Part shown: in pieces, positions 20,827 to 31,591 of the stretch | Layout: every line of letters starts with the position of its first letter | Position numbering within the stretch: the first letter of the stretch is position 1 | NCBI GenBank assembly: GCA_965223465.1 | Contig: OZ245025.1 | Location: 845,900 to 909,899 of the forward strand | Direction: 5' to 3' | DNA: 64,000 bases | Source: Candidatus Poriferihabitaceae bacterium | GTDB taxonomy: Bacteria > Pseudomonadota > Gammaproteobacteria > Arenicellales > Poriferihabitantaceae | Position numbers and translations under genes: made by a program | The notes under the pieces: model-generated | Told to the model about the DNA's origin: nothing | What the model saw: the letters and a program-made list of their open reading frames with translations, nothing else | Database searches by the model: none

Positions 20827-21256
20827 AGGGATTGGCATAACCCATCTGCGCAAGCAATTTGATTTCCAGGCTTTCCATTTTATTGGCATCCTCAGGTTCG
20901 ATATGATCATAGCCGAGTAGATGTAACACCCCGTGCACGACCATATGCGCCCAATGCGCATGCAGGCTCTTATTTTGCGCCAAGGCTTCCTGCTCCACGA
21001 TATCCGCACATATAACAATATCTCCTAGGTATTGATTATCTATATGCTCGGGTAACTGAGTTGGAAATGATAAAACATTGCTTGGGCTATCCTTATCACG
21101 AAACTGTTTGTTCAATACCTGGCTTTCAACCGATTCTACTATTCTTATTGTTATATATTCTTCTTTAATATTAATATTATGCGAGATAATATTAATCCAT
21201 TTACTAAATAAATTCCTTAACGGAATATTCGAGTTGTTAGCCGCTACCTGCAACAT
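20816..21256 (-). CDS. ybeY: rRNA maturation endoribonuclease YbeY
   Basis: 146 aa with the zinc motif HGVLHLLGYDH. Lies downstream of ybeZ. Confidence 0.9.
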   Translation of the reverse strand: MLQVAANNSNIPLRNLFSKWINIISHNINIKEEYITIRIVESVESQVLNKQFRDKDSPSNVLSFPTQLPEHIDNQYLGDIVICADIVEQEALAQNKSLHAHWAHMVVHGVLHLLGYDHIEPEDANKMESLEIKLLAQMGYANPYEA

Positions 21257-21270
21257 AAACGAGATGTGGA

Positions 21271-22266
21271 TTACAGATCGTTGTTGGTATTAGATTGGAC
21301 CGCCTCGTCATTTTCCGCAATATGATAGGCTTCTACGATACGCTGCACCAAAGAATGACGGACCACATCGCTGGCGGTGAAATGCGTAAAGCTCACCCCT
21401 TTTACGTCTTTAAGAATTTTCTGCACGTGCAGCAGGCCGGAATATAGATGTTTGGGAAGATCTATTTGCGTGGTATCGCCAGTAACGACCATTTTTGAAC
21501 CCTGCCCCATTCGGGTGAGAAACATTTTCATCTGCTCAATGGTGGTATTCTGTGCCTCGTCGAGCAAAATAAATGCGTTATTCAGTGTTCGCCCTCGCAT
21601 ATAAGCCAGCGGCGCGAGCTCGATGATCCCACGTTCGATTAATTTGCCCACTCTTTCTGCGCCCAGCATTTCAAATAATGCATCATATAAGGGCCGTAGA
21701 TAAGGATCCACTTTCTGCCCAATGTCCCCCGGTAAAAAGCCAAGTTTCTCACCTGCTTCCACCGCTGGGCGAACCAAAATAACCCGATCCACCTCATGAT
21801 TTGCCAACGCTTGAGATGCGCAGGCCACCGCTAGATAGGTTTTACCGGTACCCGCTGGTCCGACACCGAAAGTAATTTCTTTTGATAAAATTTGTTTTAG
21901 ATAGTGCGCCTGCGCGCTATTTCTTGGCGTAATCCGGTTTTTTCGAATCTTTATCGTCAACCCCTGATTGGTAATTGAGGCGTTGTGTTGGGTGTTTTCC
22001 ACCAGCGTCAGATGAACGGTTTTAGCAATTATTTCGTTACTATCTAGCTTGGCTTGCTGGTAGAGCTGCTGTATTACGTTTTGGGCTATCGCAATATCTT
22101 GATCATTACCCTGAATAAAAAAAACCTCAGCGCGATGACTGATTTCAACGTTGAGATGCTCGCCAATCTGCTTAAGATGCGCTCCACGTTCGCCTACCAC
22201 TCGCGCCAACCGCTCATTATCGAGCGGACTGAGGGTGAAACTCGCCCCTGAATGTGCCTTGTTCAA
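21271..22266 (-). CDS. ybeZ: PhoH-family ATPase (YbeZ)
   Basis: 331 aa. Walker A ([11 protein letters not shown]) and PhoH blocks ([22 protein letters not shown]). Its start overlaps the miaB stop by 4 nt. Confidence 0.9.
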   Translation of the reverse strand: MNKAHSGASFTLSPLDNERLARVVGERGAHLKQIGEHLNVEISHRAEVFFIQGNDQDIAIAQNVIQQLYQQAKLDSNEIIAKTVHLTLVENTQHNASITNQGLTIKIRKNRITPRNSAQAHYLKQILSKEITFGVGPAGTGKTYLAVACASQALANHEVDRVILVRPAVEAGEKLGFLPGDIGQKVDPYLRPLYDALFEMLGAERVGKLIERGIIELAPLAYMRGRTLNNAFILLDEAQNTTIEQMKMFLTRMGQGSKMVVTGDTTQIDLPKHLYSGLLHVQKILKDVKGVSFTHFTASDVVRHSLVQRIVEAYHIAENDEAVQSNTNNDL

Positions 22267-23618
22267 GCGACTGCCAACGCGTTTTGCTTGATCACTTCAA
22301 GGGCCTCGCCACGCAATGAATTGATAAAACTTTCCTTAATCTTTACTTTCACGAACTGTCCTTGCCAACGGGCATCACCCGCAAAGGTGACCGATCGGTT
22401 GTTTTCGGTTTTACCGCGTAACTCGCTTGAATTTTTGCGCGAGCGCCCCTCCACCAATACAACTTGTTCCGAACCGACCATACTGCCACTGATTTCACTG
22501 GCCATCTGGTTTATGGTTGCTTGTAACCGCGCTAATCGCGTCTTTTTAACGCCCAACGGAACGTCATCTGCTAATTCAGCAGCGGGTGTCCCAGGACGAG
22601 CACTGTAGATAAAGCTGAAAGATTGGTCAAAATAAATCGCCTCAATTAAATCCATTGTTTGCTCAAATTCTTCATCAGTCTCCCCCGGGAAACCAATAAT
22701 AAAATCAGACGAAATAGAGATGTCTGGGCGAGCTATGCGAAGTTTCTTTATAATATCTTGATAATAATCAGTGTGATAGCCACGCTTCATTAGATCAAGA
22801 ATTCTATCTGAGCCTGCTTGAACCGGCAGATGAATATGACTGACTAACTCAGGCGTATCGCGATAAACCGCGATTAAAGCATCATCGAAGTGCAGCGGGT
22901 GTGAGGTCGTGTAGCGTATCCGATCAATCCCATATACGGCTGCAACAAAACGCAATAAATCAGCGAAAGCAATTTCTTCTCCATCGTGCGTGCTTCCTGC
23001 ATAACCATTCACGTTTTGTCCCAACAAATTTACTTCTCGAACACCCTGTGCGGCCAAACCAACGATTTCAGTAATCACATCATCAAAAGGGCGGCTGAAC
23101 TCGGTACCACGCGTATAGGGCACCACGCAAAAGCTACAATATTTACTACAACCTTCCATGATCGAAACATATGCCTTAACGCCTTCCACGCGCGGTGGCG
23201 GCAAACAGTCAAATTTTTCGATTTCCGGAAAGCTTGTATCCAGCGCTTTAGTCTGTTTACTGCGTACCTCATCAAGCATTTTGGGTAAACGATGCAATGT
23301 TTGCGGACCAAAAACAATGTCAACATAGGGTGCGCGTTTTAAAATCATCTCGCCTTCCTGGCTGGCAACGCACCCGCCTACCCCAATGATCAGATTTGGA
23401 TTGCGTAATTTTTGTTTGCGCCAACGGCCTAATTGAGAAAATACCTTTTCTTGCGCTTTTTCACGCACTGAACAGGTATTGAGTAATAACACATCCGCTA
23501 GTTTTTCGTCTGTGGTTGATTCCAGTGCATGCGTGCTTGCCAGCAAGTCTGCCATCCGGGATGAATCATACTCATTCATCTGGCAACCAAAGGTTTTTAC
23601 AAAAAGCTTATCTGACAC
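22263..23618 (-). CDS. miaB: tRNA-2-methylthio-N6-dimethylallyladenosine synthase
   Basis: 451 aa. N-terminal UPF0004 cysteines ([10 protein letters not shown]), a radical-SAM CSKYCSFC motif and a TRAM C-terminus. Confidence 0.95.
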   Translation of the reverse strand: MSDKLFVKTFGCQMNEYDSSRMADLLASTHALESTTDEKLADVLLLNTCSVREKAQEKVFSQLGRWRKQKLRNPNLIIGVGGCVASQEGEMILKRAPYVDIVFGPQTLHRLPKMLDEVRSKQTKALDTSFPEIEKFDCLPPPRVEGVKAYVSIMEGCSKYCSFCVVPYTRGTEFSRPFDDVITEIVGLAAQGVREVNLLGQNVNGYAGSTHDGEEIAFADLLRFVAAVYGIDRIRYTTSHPLHFDDALIAVYRDTPELVSHIHLPVQAGSDRILDLMKRGYHTDYYQDIIKKLRIARPDISISSDFIIGFPGETDEEFEQTMDLIEAIYFDQSFSFIYSARPGTPAAELADDVPLGVKKTRLARLQATINQMASEISGSMVGSEQVVLVEGRSRKNSSELRGKTENNRSVTFAGDARWQGQFVKVKIKESFINSLRGEALEVIKQNALAVA

Positions 23619-23783
23619 GCTTCAGGGTATAGTGAGAAATAGCCGATTTTAACTATTTTAATGATGAGATGCTTGGGTAGGCGGTTTCAATTAGAAGATA
23701 CCAAACTTTTGTGAAAATTCCGATTCCAGACAGTCAACCAAGAACGCCAAGTGCAAGTACAGTATCAGGAAATATCGTCCATT

Positions 23784-23809
23784 AATAAAACTGATTCAAG
23801 TAATTGAAT
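23784..23809 (-). terminator. Candidate weak intrinsic terminator downstream of fimV
   Basis: On the minus strand, attcaa-ttac-ttgaat is followed by cagttttatt. The stem is 6 bp and AT-rich. Confidence 0.2.
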
Positions 23810-23820
23810 TTACGGCTTGT

Positions 23821-26793
23821 TTAATTCAAGGTGGCGAGTAGTTTTTCTGCTTTACCGCGTACTTTTTTACTGCCAGCAACAATCGCGTCGTTGAGAAAAT
23901 CCTTTGCGATATCATTTTCACCCAGCTCTATGTACGCATTTGCTAATGCTAATGCGGTTTCAGGATCGTGTTGATTGATCTCACTTACCTCATCTAGATT
24001 ATCTTCCTGCGCTGGTTCTGGTTCAGCTTTGGTTTCCGCTGATTCATTGACAGTTTCAGTTCCTTCATCCTCTAACGCTATCGGCTCATCCTGATCGATA
24101 TCAAACCCGATATCATGGGTGATATCGCTTAACATTTCTCCGTCTGCTGCATGTAATCCATCGATTTCCGATGCTATTGACGCCTCACTCTCCATTTCTT
24201 CTTCAATTGACAAGGCCATGTCATCGCTAAGCGTAAGCGCTTCTGGCTCAACGTCGGCTAAAGATTCTTCTTTTTCTACGTTCTCGGCCGCGTCATCTTC
24301 GAAATCTATATCACCATCTTGAGGCCCTGGCGTTTCAAAATCGATTACACCTGAGTCGTCGTCCGGGTTATTGTCCGCAGAGGCTTCCTGTGGCTGCTGC
24401 ACCTCGACCAGTTCATCTTGCAATACCGGAATCGAACTTTCAAAATCATCTTCCAATTTATCAACCGTGATGAAATCTTGCGCGAGTTGCTTGATCTCAT
24501 CCCACTGATCATCATTTTCGACGTGTTCTGCAGACGATTCAAATACTTTGGTAAAGGCATCAACATTGTTGGCCTCTCGATGCAGCGTAAGTAATTTCAG
24601 TACAACTTTCGCCTGGTTGGGGTTCTTTTCTAGTGCCTGTTCGAGTACGTTAATCGCCTGCTCTTTACGCTCATAAGCCAGGTAAACATCTGCCTCAGTA
24701 ACCGGGTCGATATTTGTTGCAGTAGGGATACTTGAGTGCAAGTCGGTGCCAGCAGATGATCCACTGACATTTGTTTTGTCACCAGCATCCTGGGCAGATT
24801 CTTCATTCATGGTGAACATCGATGAATCGTTGTCTACTGCCTCACTTGCCATAAACGATTCGTCACTTAAGTCAAATAATGAAGAACCGTGTAGTTTATC
24901 TTTGGGCTGGTCGTCGTCTGCGGTTGTAAGCGGAACGCTTTCGTCCATCATCATTTGTTGCGAGGTATCGCCCATTTCCTTAGCTGCATCGGTATCTTCT
25001 AAAGTGGAAAACTCGTAATCTTCCTCTTCCTCTAACGCTGCTCGGCGACGACGCGAGCTGTTATAGGCGAACAAACCTAACAATGCTGCTGCTAAGACGC
25101 CAATAATTTTCCAAATATCGGCAGAAATACCACCCAGCACTGCGCCAATCGAGCCGACCATACCCATTGCTTTGTCCATAAAAGACTGCTCAGCTGGTAC
25201 TTGTGTTGCAGCCGGTTCTGCCGCAACCCGCACTGGGCTGTCCGTTTGAGGGGCCTGCGTAGCTTGTGGTTCAGTGGCCGGTGCTGCTGGCGCTGGCTTC
25301 GGTTGGGGTGGCTGTTCAGCATTTTTTGCCTGCGCAGCATCTGACTCGGCTTGCGCAATAATACTTTGTTCTTGCTGTTGAGCGCGCTCTAATTCTTGTT
25401 GTTGAACAGCTAATTGCTCTTCGTAGTCTTTTTTCAGTGATTCTAAGTCTTGATCACTTTGGACAATTTTGGTCTGCACCTCTTCTTGGCTGGCTATGCT
25501 TTGTGGTTCGCCGGTTTGGATTTGTTCGCTTGCACCACCGGTTTGGTCAGGACTACCGGAATCAACAGGCGGTGTGCCCCCCCTACCATCTGATGGCGTG
25601 GCCACAGGCATTTGCCCACCCGGCGATACAGCAGGCGCTTTTTGGCCATCACCCATTTGCTGCATCTGCGCGCCTTTCGCCAAATTTTCATTCAAGGCCT
25701 GCATAGCCTCGCTCTGTAATTCTATTAGGCGGCCGATATTACTTAATTGTTTTTCAAGCTCGGCGATGCGTTCGTTTAAAACGCGACTTTCACCACGCGC
25801 AGCGACTAATTCCTCTTTAAATTGGGCATTTTGTTCGCTGTTTTCGTCTAACCGTTGATTAATCTCCTGTTTGAACGCACCAAATTCCGCTGTGACGTTC
25901 GCGATCTGCCCAGAATCAGCGGATGGCTTGGCTGGCGGCGTATCGGTTGTTGGAGTCGGTGCAGGTTCAGCTGGTTTTTCTACCCCCGCGGGTTCTTCTG
26001 TATCTCCACCTACCACTAACTTTGGTTTTGGCTCAGCTTTGCTGGTAACCGGTTTTGCCCGCACCTTGCCCGCCAGGGGTTTACTCAACCGCTTTACTTC
26101 TTGCGCTGCCTTAGACGCACTAATTGCGGTCATTTGTGCACGTGTAGGCACACGAATTTCGCTTCCTTTTTTAATTCGATTTAGGTTGTTATCTGGAAAA
26201 GCATGACGATTCAGTTCATAAAACGCCATCCATGCCTGATGCACTGAGACATCCTTGGGTCGGTAAATGGATGCAATCTTTGATAAAGTATCGCCACTTT
26301 CAACCATACCATGCGTTTTGAGAGTATCCGCGCCGTTGGCCGGTTTAACAGCCCCCATCTGGGTATTGCTCGCAGCGGCTTGTGCCACCGGGTTGGGGGT
26401 ATATTCGACCGGATCAATTAAGGCAGTATACTCACGCAACATATTGCCACCCGCCCAGGTGATTTGCAGCAATAGGTGTACAAAAGGCTCACTGATAGAA
26501 TTGATGGATTTCACCAATATTCTTGGCTTACCCTTTTGCGTGGTATCAACCTCAATAATGAGATCTCTCGGGTCTTGAGGGTAGCGGATACCTGCTTGCT
26601 CAAAAGATTCTCGCGACGCCAAGGATACTTCTAGGGTTGAAAGTTCGCTCTTGGTCGCTGCGCTTAAATCGATGCTTACATCTAGGGCCTCACCTAAGTG
26701 CGAGCTGACATTCATTTCACCCACACTCAAGGCCTGAGCGTTGAGGCTGAGCAGCGATAAGGCAATCGCCCCACTTAGTACCGTTTTTCGCAT
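23821..26793 (-). CDS. fimV: FimV-like peptidoglycan-binding, highly acidic pilus/polar-organising protein
   Basis: 990 aa. Signal peptide, LysM motif (GDTLSKIASIY...), coiled-coil and Pro/Ala/Gln-rich regions, a single TM helix (IWKIIGVLAAALLGLFAY), an acidic cytoplasmic tail, and a C-terminal TPR-like FimV motif (ALALANAYIELGENDIAKDFL). Confidence 0.85.
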   Translation of the reverse strand: MRKTVLSGAIALSLLSLNAQALSVGEMNVSSHLGEALDVSIDLSAATKSELSTLEVSLASRESFEQAGIRYPQDPRDLIIEVDTTQKGKPRILVKSINSISEPFVHLLLQITWAGGNMLREYTALIDPVEYTPNPVAQAAASNTQMGAVKPANGADTLKTHGMVESGDTLSKIASIYRPKDVSVHQAWMAFYELNRHAFPDNNLNRIKKGSEIRVPTRAQMTAISASKAAQEVKRLSKPLAGKVRAKPVTSKAEPKPKLVVGGDTEEPAGVEKPAEPAPTPTTDTPPAKPSADSGQIANVTAEFGAFKQEINQRLDENSEQNAQFKEELVAARGESRVLNERIAELEKQLSNIGRLIELQSEAMQALNENLAKGAQMQQMGDGQKAPAVSPGGQMPVATPSDGRGGTPPVDSGSPDQTGGASEQIQTGEPQSIASQEEVQTKIVQSDQDLESLKKDYEEQLAVQQQELERAQQQEQSIIAQAESDAAQAKNAEQPPQPKPAPAAPATEPQATQAPQTDSPVRVAAEPAATQVPAEQSFMDKAMGMVGSIGAVLGGISADIWKIIGVLAAALLGLFAYNSSRRRRAALEEEEDYEFSTLEDTDAAKEMGDTSQQMMMDESVPLTTADDDQPKDKLHGSSLFDLSDESFMASEAVDNDSSMFTMNEESAQDAGDKTNVSGSSAGTDLHSSIPTATNIDPVTEADVYLAYERKEQAINVLEQALEKNPNQAKVVLKLLTLHREANNVDAFTKVFESSAEHVENDDQWDEIKQLAQDFITVDKLEDDFESSIPVLQDELVEVQQPQEASADNNPDDDSGVIDFETPGPQDGDIDFEDDAAENVEKEESLADVEPEALTLSDDMALSIEEEMESEASIASEIDGLHAADGEMLSDITHDIGFDIDQDEPIALEDEGTETVNESAETKAEPEPAQEDNLDEVSEINQHDPETALALANAYIELGENDIAKDFLNDAIVAGSKKVRGKAEKLLATLN

Positions 26794-27000
26794 AGTTTAT
26801 TCTGTTGTTTTAAGTGAAGATCTTTTAGCGTTCCGAGCCGTAATGCTTCTTGGGCGGCATTTTATGTAATATCGGACCGTAACACAATGCTTAACACAGC
26901 TTTAATCGTTTTAGGGAATGATATCCCGATCAGTAAATTGCCCCTTTTATGAATTTGCTTCTCTGATCATAGCCGGCCCCGTCATCTGATAAAACTGGGG

Positions 27001-27651
27001 CTATAGCTCGTCTACGTTATACAACCAGGGTCTGATACTTTTTCGTTGGGCCTCAAAGGCACGGATTTTTTCTGCATGCTGGAGGGACAAACCAATATCA
27101 TCCAAGCCCTCAAGTAAACAAGTCTTCTTAAAGGCATCGAGCTCAAATGATATGTTCTCATTTTGCGGTGTGCTGATTTGCTGTGAATCTAAATCGATGC
27201 GCAAACGATACCCCTCATTTTCCAGCGTCTGTTCAAATAGTTGATCTACTTGTGCATCCGTCAGTGTTATCGGTAAGATACCGTTTTTAAAGCAATTATT
27301 GTAGAAAATATCTGCAAAACTGGGCGCGATTATGCAACGAATACCAAAATCATCGAGCGCCCAAGGTGCATGCTCTCGTGAAGACCCACAACCAAAATTT
27401 TGCCTAGCGAGCAGTATTTGGGCACCCGCATAACGCGGCTTATTTAACACAAACTCCGGGTTAAGTGGACGATTGGTATTATCCATGCCAGGTTCACCAT
27501 GGTCCAGATAACGCCATTCATCAAACAAATTAGGGCCAAAACCAGAGCGTTTGATCGATTTTAAAAACTGTTTGGGAATTATCGCGTCGGTATCAACATT
27601 GCTGCGATCTATTGGCACTACCAAACCATCTAACTGGGTAAATTTTCGCAT
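27001..27651 (-). CDS. leuD: 3-isopropylmalate dehydratase small subunit
   Basis: The [31 protein letters not shown] start at 27651 forms an ATGA overlap with the leuC stop. [13 protein letters not shown] motif. The track ORF extension to 27807 is an artefact. Confidence 0.95.
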   Translation of the reverse strand: MRKFTQLDGLVVPIDRSNVDTDAIIPKQFLKSIKRSGFGPNLFDEWRYLDHGEPGMDNTNRPLNPEFVLNKPRYAGAQILLARQNFGCGSSREHAPWALDDFGIRCIIAPSFADIFYNNCFKNGILPITLTDAQVDQLFEQTLENEGYRLRIDLDSQQISTPQNENISFELDAFKKTCLLEGLDDIGLSLQHAEKIRAFEAQRKSIRPWLYNVDEL

Positions 27652-29075
27652 CAGTTTGCCCCTCCTCGGGAGACCAATTGAATATCTTCGGCACTCGCAA
27701 AATGTCCGGCGATGGCACTTGCCACAGCGGTTGCTGGGGATACCAGATGGGTACGCCCCCCCTGCCCTTGTCGCCCTTCGAAATTTCGATTCGAAGTGGA
27801 GGCACAACGCTCACCCGGCTCAAGTTTGTCATCGTTCATGGCCAGACACATCGAACACCCAGGATTGCGCCATTCAAAGCCAGCTTCAACGAAAATCTTA
27901 TCCAGGCCTTCGTCTTCCGCTTGTTGTTTCACCAAACCTGAACCAGGCACGACCATCGCGAGCTTAATGTTATCGGCCACTTTATGCCCGTTGGCAATCT
28001 TTGCGGCACTGCGCAAATCTTCTATGCGACTATTCGTGCAAGAGCCAATAAATACCTTATCCAACGTGATATCCCGAATGGGTGTACCTGCGTCTAAATC
28101 CATATATTTCAATGCCTTAATCATTCCTTCTTGTTTTTCTTCGCGCGCATTTTGTGGATCGGGCACCGCGCCTGAAAGTGGCACTACCATTTCAGGTGAC
28201 GTTCCCCAAGTCACACTGGGTGGAATAGACTCGCCCTCTATGGTGATGCAGGTGTCAAAAACTGCATCCGCATCGCTGTGTAAGGTCCGCCAATAGGCAA
28301 CTGCGGCCTCCCATTGCGAACCAGAGGGGGCGAAGGGCCTGCCTTTAAAGTAGTCTATGGTTTTATCATCTACCGCTACCATACCAGAACGTGCACCTGC
28401 CTCGATCGCCATATTACATACCGTCATCCTGCCTTCGACGGACATCGCCTCAAACACTGCGCCGGTGAACTCAATCGCGTACCCCGTTCCACCCGCCGTC
28501 CCGATCTTACCAATAATCGCAAGCACCACATCCTTGGGGGTAACACCCGGCATCAGCTCACCACTTACTTCTATACGCATATTCTTGGATTTACGGAGTA
28601 ACAAGCACTGGGTTGCTAATACGTGCTCTACTTCAGAGGTACCAATACCAAATGCCAGCGCACCAAAGGCACCATGTGTCGAAGTATGGGAATCACCGCA
28701 CACCACTGTCATACCAGGTAACGTCGCCCCTTGCTCTGGGCCGATCACATGCACAATGCCCTGGCGAATATCGTGCATTCCGAACTCATTAATACCGAAA
28801 TGTTGGCAATTCTTGTCCAATGTCTCGATCTGCAGGCGCGATATTGGATCAGCTATATGGGAATCCGCGACTGTTGGCACATTATGATCTGGCACCGCAA
28901 GAATAGATGATACACGCCAGGGTTGACGCCCGGCTAAATGCAGGCCTTCAAACGCTTGGGGAGAGGTGACTTCATGCACCAGATGTCGGTCAATATAAAT
29001 CAACGCGGTGCCATCATCCTCCTGATGTACCAAATGCTCGTCCCAGAGTTTATCGTATAAGGTTTTACCAGCCAT
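27651..29075 (-). CDS. leuC: 3-isopropylmalate dehydratase large subunit
   Basis: 474 aa. [16 protein letters not shown] start and aconitase-family Fe-S cysteines ([22 protein letters not shown]). Confidence 0.95.
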   Translation of the reverse strand: MAGKTLYDKLWDEHLVHQEDDGTALIYIDRHLVHEVTSPQAFEGLHLAGRQPWRVSSILAVPDHNVPTVADSHIADPISRLQIETLDKNCQHFGINEFGMHDIRQGIVHVIGPEQGATLPGMTVVCGDSHTSTHGAFGALAFGIGTSEVEHVLATQCLLLRKSKNMRIEVSGELMPGVTPKDVVLAIIGKIGTAGGTGYAIEFTGAVFEAMSVEGRMTVCNMAIEAGARSGMVAVDDKTIDYFKGRPFAPSGSQWEAAVAYWRTLHSDADAVFDTCITIEGESIPPSVTWGTSPEMVVPLSGAVPDPQNAREEKQEGMIKALKYMDLDAGTPIRDITLDKVFIGSCTNSRIEDLRSAAKIANGHKVADNIKLAMVVPGSGLVKQQAEDEGLDKIFVEAGFEWRNPGCSMCLAMNDDKLEPGERCASTSNRNFEGRQGQGGRTHLVSPATAVASAIAGHFASAEDIQLVSRGGAN

Positions 29076-29188
29076 AATTGGGGTGCAATTCGCTCAGAAT
29101 TAAAACCCGGAGATTACCACACCCACGTTAAATTGGCTGCTAGTGGAATAAAAGAAAGCCGCCTTTAATCTTTGTGGATATCGAGTCT

Positions 29189-30178
29189 TTACTGTAGCTC
29201 GGTGCTATTGGCAATTAAGCTCACTGTCTGCTGAGGGACCTCCCCAATCGCGGTAATCATATGACCATTAACTTCACGCGTGTAACTATTCAGAATCCCC
29301 ATGTTAAGCGATTGTTTTTGCTTGTTTTTACTGACTTCAGTTGGAAAAACGAATACCGATACTTTGGCCAGGCCATCACCTAACACCAAATGCGACACCT
29401 TGGCTTGCAGGATCGGCGATATTCGCTCAATATAGTGTTCCATGGAAAATCCGCTATCATTATCGATAACCTGCCATTTTTGCATAGGATCTTTTGCCAT
29501 AGACTGCTGATCGTCTATCCATTCCAATGACATTGGTGCGGTTTCAGAGACCAACTCAGCAGGTTTGACATTGTCAAAATCGATTTCAACAAACATATAA
29601 CTTTCCATGATTCGGCCATCGATTGCATTTAATTCTGAGTGCAATAATAGATAGTTCTCGCTATCCACGCACAATGTATAGCCGTAGCGCATTGCATCTT
29701 TTGGCGTGATACTGAGCTTCTCACAATCTCGATTTGCGACCCGTTCTTTGCCTGTTCTCTTTATATCATAGTTACGTTCGATAGCTTCTTTTTTATCTGA
29801 AATATATAATTTAAAAGGCTGTTTTAACTGCCTTTTTTCACGCATACCCATGCCTTGGTCAGGCAATACACAAGCCACCACATCGTCTTGTTGGATAATT
29901 TCTCGCATGGAGCCATCCAAGGCCATCAATTTTTGCTGTCCACCGGATTGAGCGGGCACGTGACTAATTTTCATAGAAGAAATCTTGCCATCTTTGACAT
30001 AAATAAACTTGCCGCTGTAGTTTAGTTCAACCGCGGCGCGCGCCATTTTATTCAGTAATTCTATGCCACTGCTTTGCGTTTGTGCGTACGCGGACGGGAA
30101 AAGCAGCATCCAGACCATGCTACAAAACCCTATAACGCGCACCAAACTTACGTTTTTATAAGATCGCAGGTATGCCAT
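29189..30178 (-). CDS. rseB: Sigma-E regulatory protein RseB/MucB
   Basis: 329 aa periplasmic protein with a signal peptide. MucB/RseB-like blocks (LLNKMARAAVELNYSGKFIYV...). Position after rseA. Confidence 0.85.
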   Translation of the reverse strand: MAYLRSYKNVSLVRVIGFCSMVWMLLFPSAYAQTQSSGIELLNKMARAAVELNYSGKFIYVKDGKISSMKISHVPAQSGGQQKLMALDGSMREIIQQDDVVACVLPDQGMGMREKRQLKQPFKLYISDKKEAIERNYDIKRTGKERVANRDCEKLSITPKDAMRYGYTLCVDSENYLLLHSELNAIDGRIMESYMFVEIDFDNVKPAELVSETAPMSLEWIDDQQSMAKDPMQKWQVIDNDSGFSMEHYIERISPILQAKVSHLVLGDGLAKVSVFVFPTEVSKNKQKQSLNMGILNSYTREVNGHMITAIGEVPQQTVSLIANSTELQ

Positions 30179-30208
30179 GCCTATTTCGAAACTACCAGAT
30201 AATTTTGA

Positions 30209-30754
30209 TCAATATTCACCAGAAGAACCGTTCACCACTTTAGCATAAGCCGCTAAACCGTTTAAAGCGGCCGCACCTGAAAACTCACCATGTTGGACGA
30301 TCATCGATTGTAATTCCATATCTACATTTGATTGCGTAGCACCAATGTTCGAATCTGCAATAGCTGGCGTAGTTTGCTCATTATTAGGCGTGTAACTCAG
30401 GAAAACCAGCGCAGCAACCGAAGCGGCAATTGCCGTAAACGCCCATGCCTTGGGCCAATTATTATGTAGCGGAACAATATTATCAGCCGGTTTTGGTGAA
30501 TTCTGTTCAACAGATATATTGTTCGGCGCCATGATGGTTGGTTCATTTTCCAGCGCTACTGCAACTTTTTCTGCAACATTGATCGATAGTTCACCTCCTT
30601 TTTCAGGATGCATTACGGTGCGTGCTAGATGTATGGACCGCCAGGAATGTTGCATTTTGGGGCTCGCTAGTAATTCATCGAGCGCAGATTCAATTTCCTG
30701 CGCATCTAGCTCACCATCAATGAGTTGCGATAATCTTTCTTTGTTCATAGTCAA
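30209..30754 (-). CDS. rseA: Anti-sigma-E factor RseA/MucA
   Basis: N-terminal RseA_N motif (ERLSQLIDGELD...W...HL...) and a central TM helix (AWAFTAIAASVAALVFL). Lies between rpoE and rseB. Confidence 0.75.
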   Translation of the reverse strand: MTMNKERLSQLIDGELDAQEIESALDELLASPKMQHSWRSIHLARTVMHPEKGGELSINVAEKVAVALENEPTIMAPNNISVEQNSPKPADNIVPLHNNWPKAWAFTAIAASVAALVFLSYTPNNEQTTPAIADSNIGATQSNVDMELQSMIVQHGEFSGAAALNGLAAYAKVVNGSSGEY

Positions 30755-30808
30755 ATCACAATTTTAATATTGTACCCTTTCGTTAAGCTTAGTCAGTTTC
30801 ATTACCAC

Positions 30809-31390
30809 TTAGTTCCCATTTAAATAAGGCAACATGGCGCTTTCGATGGATTCGCGCGCTCTGAAAATACGTGATCTAACTGTCCCAATGGGACAGTCCA
30901 TGACTTCTGCTATTTCTTCATAACTTAAACCATCAAATTCACGCAATTGGATGGCCTCTTTTAAATTGTCCGGCAGAGTTTTTATGGTCTGCCGGATAAC
31001 CGCGAGAAGTTCATTATTGGCAAACGACGCTTCTGGCGTATTCAATTCAACAAGATTCGCCCCTACCGCATTGTGGTTCGCTTCCTGGGCGTCCACATCT
31101 TGCGTTGGCGGACGCCGGCCGGCTGAAACCAGATAGTTTTTTGCAGTATTTACCGCAATCCGATACAGCCAGGTATAAAACGCGCTATCTCCACGAAAAT
31201 TTGCCAACGCGCGATAAGCTTTAATAAAGGCTTCCTGGGTGACGTCTTCACATTCCATTTGATCGTGAATAAAACGCGAAACCAAGCGCTGAATTTTCAA
31301 CTGATACTTGCTGACCAGCAAATTGTAGGCTTGCTTATCGCCTTGTTGAACACGCTTTACGATGGCGAGGTCTACGGCTTGTTCAGACAT
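30809..31390 (-). CDS. rpoE: ECF sigma factor sigma-E (RpoE/AlgU)
   Basis: 193 aa, near-canonical RpoE sequence (VKRVQQGDKQAYNLLVSKYQLKIQRLVSRFI...FYTWLYRIAVNTAKN...GTVRSRIFRARE). Confidence 0.95.
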   Translation of the reverse strand: MSEQAVDLAIVKRVQQGDKQAYNLLVSKYQLKIQRLVSRFIHDQMECEDVTQEAFIKAYRALANFRGDSAFYTWLYRIAVNTAKNYLVSAGRRPPTQDVDAQEANHNAVGANLVELNTPEASFANNELLAVIRQTIKTLPDNLKEAIQLREFDGLSYEEIAEVMDCPIGTVRSRIFRARESIESAMLPYLNGN

Positions 31391-31591
31391 ACCCCAAAGA
31401 GACTTTCATCATTACTTTTTAAAATATTGAAATTCCGCTCTAAATTGAGCAAATGGACTGCAAACCACACCCGAATAGTTTACTATGTAGTGACGCAAAT
31501 ATCGTAAATAAATACAAGCAAACTGATTTCCACGCTTATTTAATTATTTTAGCCCAGGGCGTTTTGCCACTCTTATTGTATGTAGCACATC
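31391..31591. promoter_or_regulatory. Divergent rpoE / nadB promoter region
   Basis: 201-nt AT-rich spacer between divergent genes. I did not find a convincing sigma-E consensus by eye. Confidence 0.45.

Noticed and set aside
20827-21018. N-terminal extension of the lnt ORF. Analogous extensions occur for leuD (27652-27807), the CrtI-like gene (55917-56099), the MBOAT (60159-60230), DUF423 (51633-51671) and fis (9736-9759).
   Set aside because: The extensions overlap the upstream genes or clearly non-coding spacers. Canonical family N-termini begin at internal Met codons, and these give classic stop/start overlaps.
25469-26206. Plus-strand ORFs of 129 and 111 aa antisense to fimV.
   Set aside because: They arise from the GC- and Ala/Pro-rich low-complexity part of fimV and have no independent signals.
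27712-28887. 194-aa and 176-aa plus-strand ORFs antisense to leuC.
   Set aside because: These are shadow frames of a highly conserved gene, with no start context and Ser/Pro/Ala-rich composition.
31391-31591. Search for an autoregulated sigma-E promoter (GGAACTT-N16-TCNAA) upstream of rpoE.
   Set aside because: The best candidates (GGAATTT-N16-AATGA; AAACTA-N17-TCCAT) match the consensus poorly, so no call was made.
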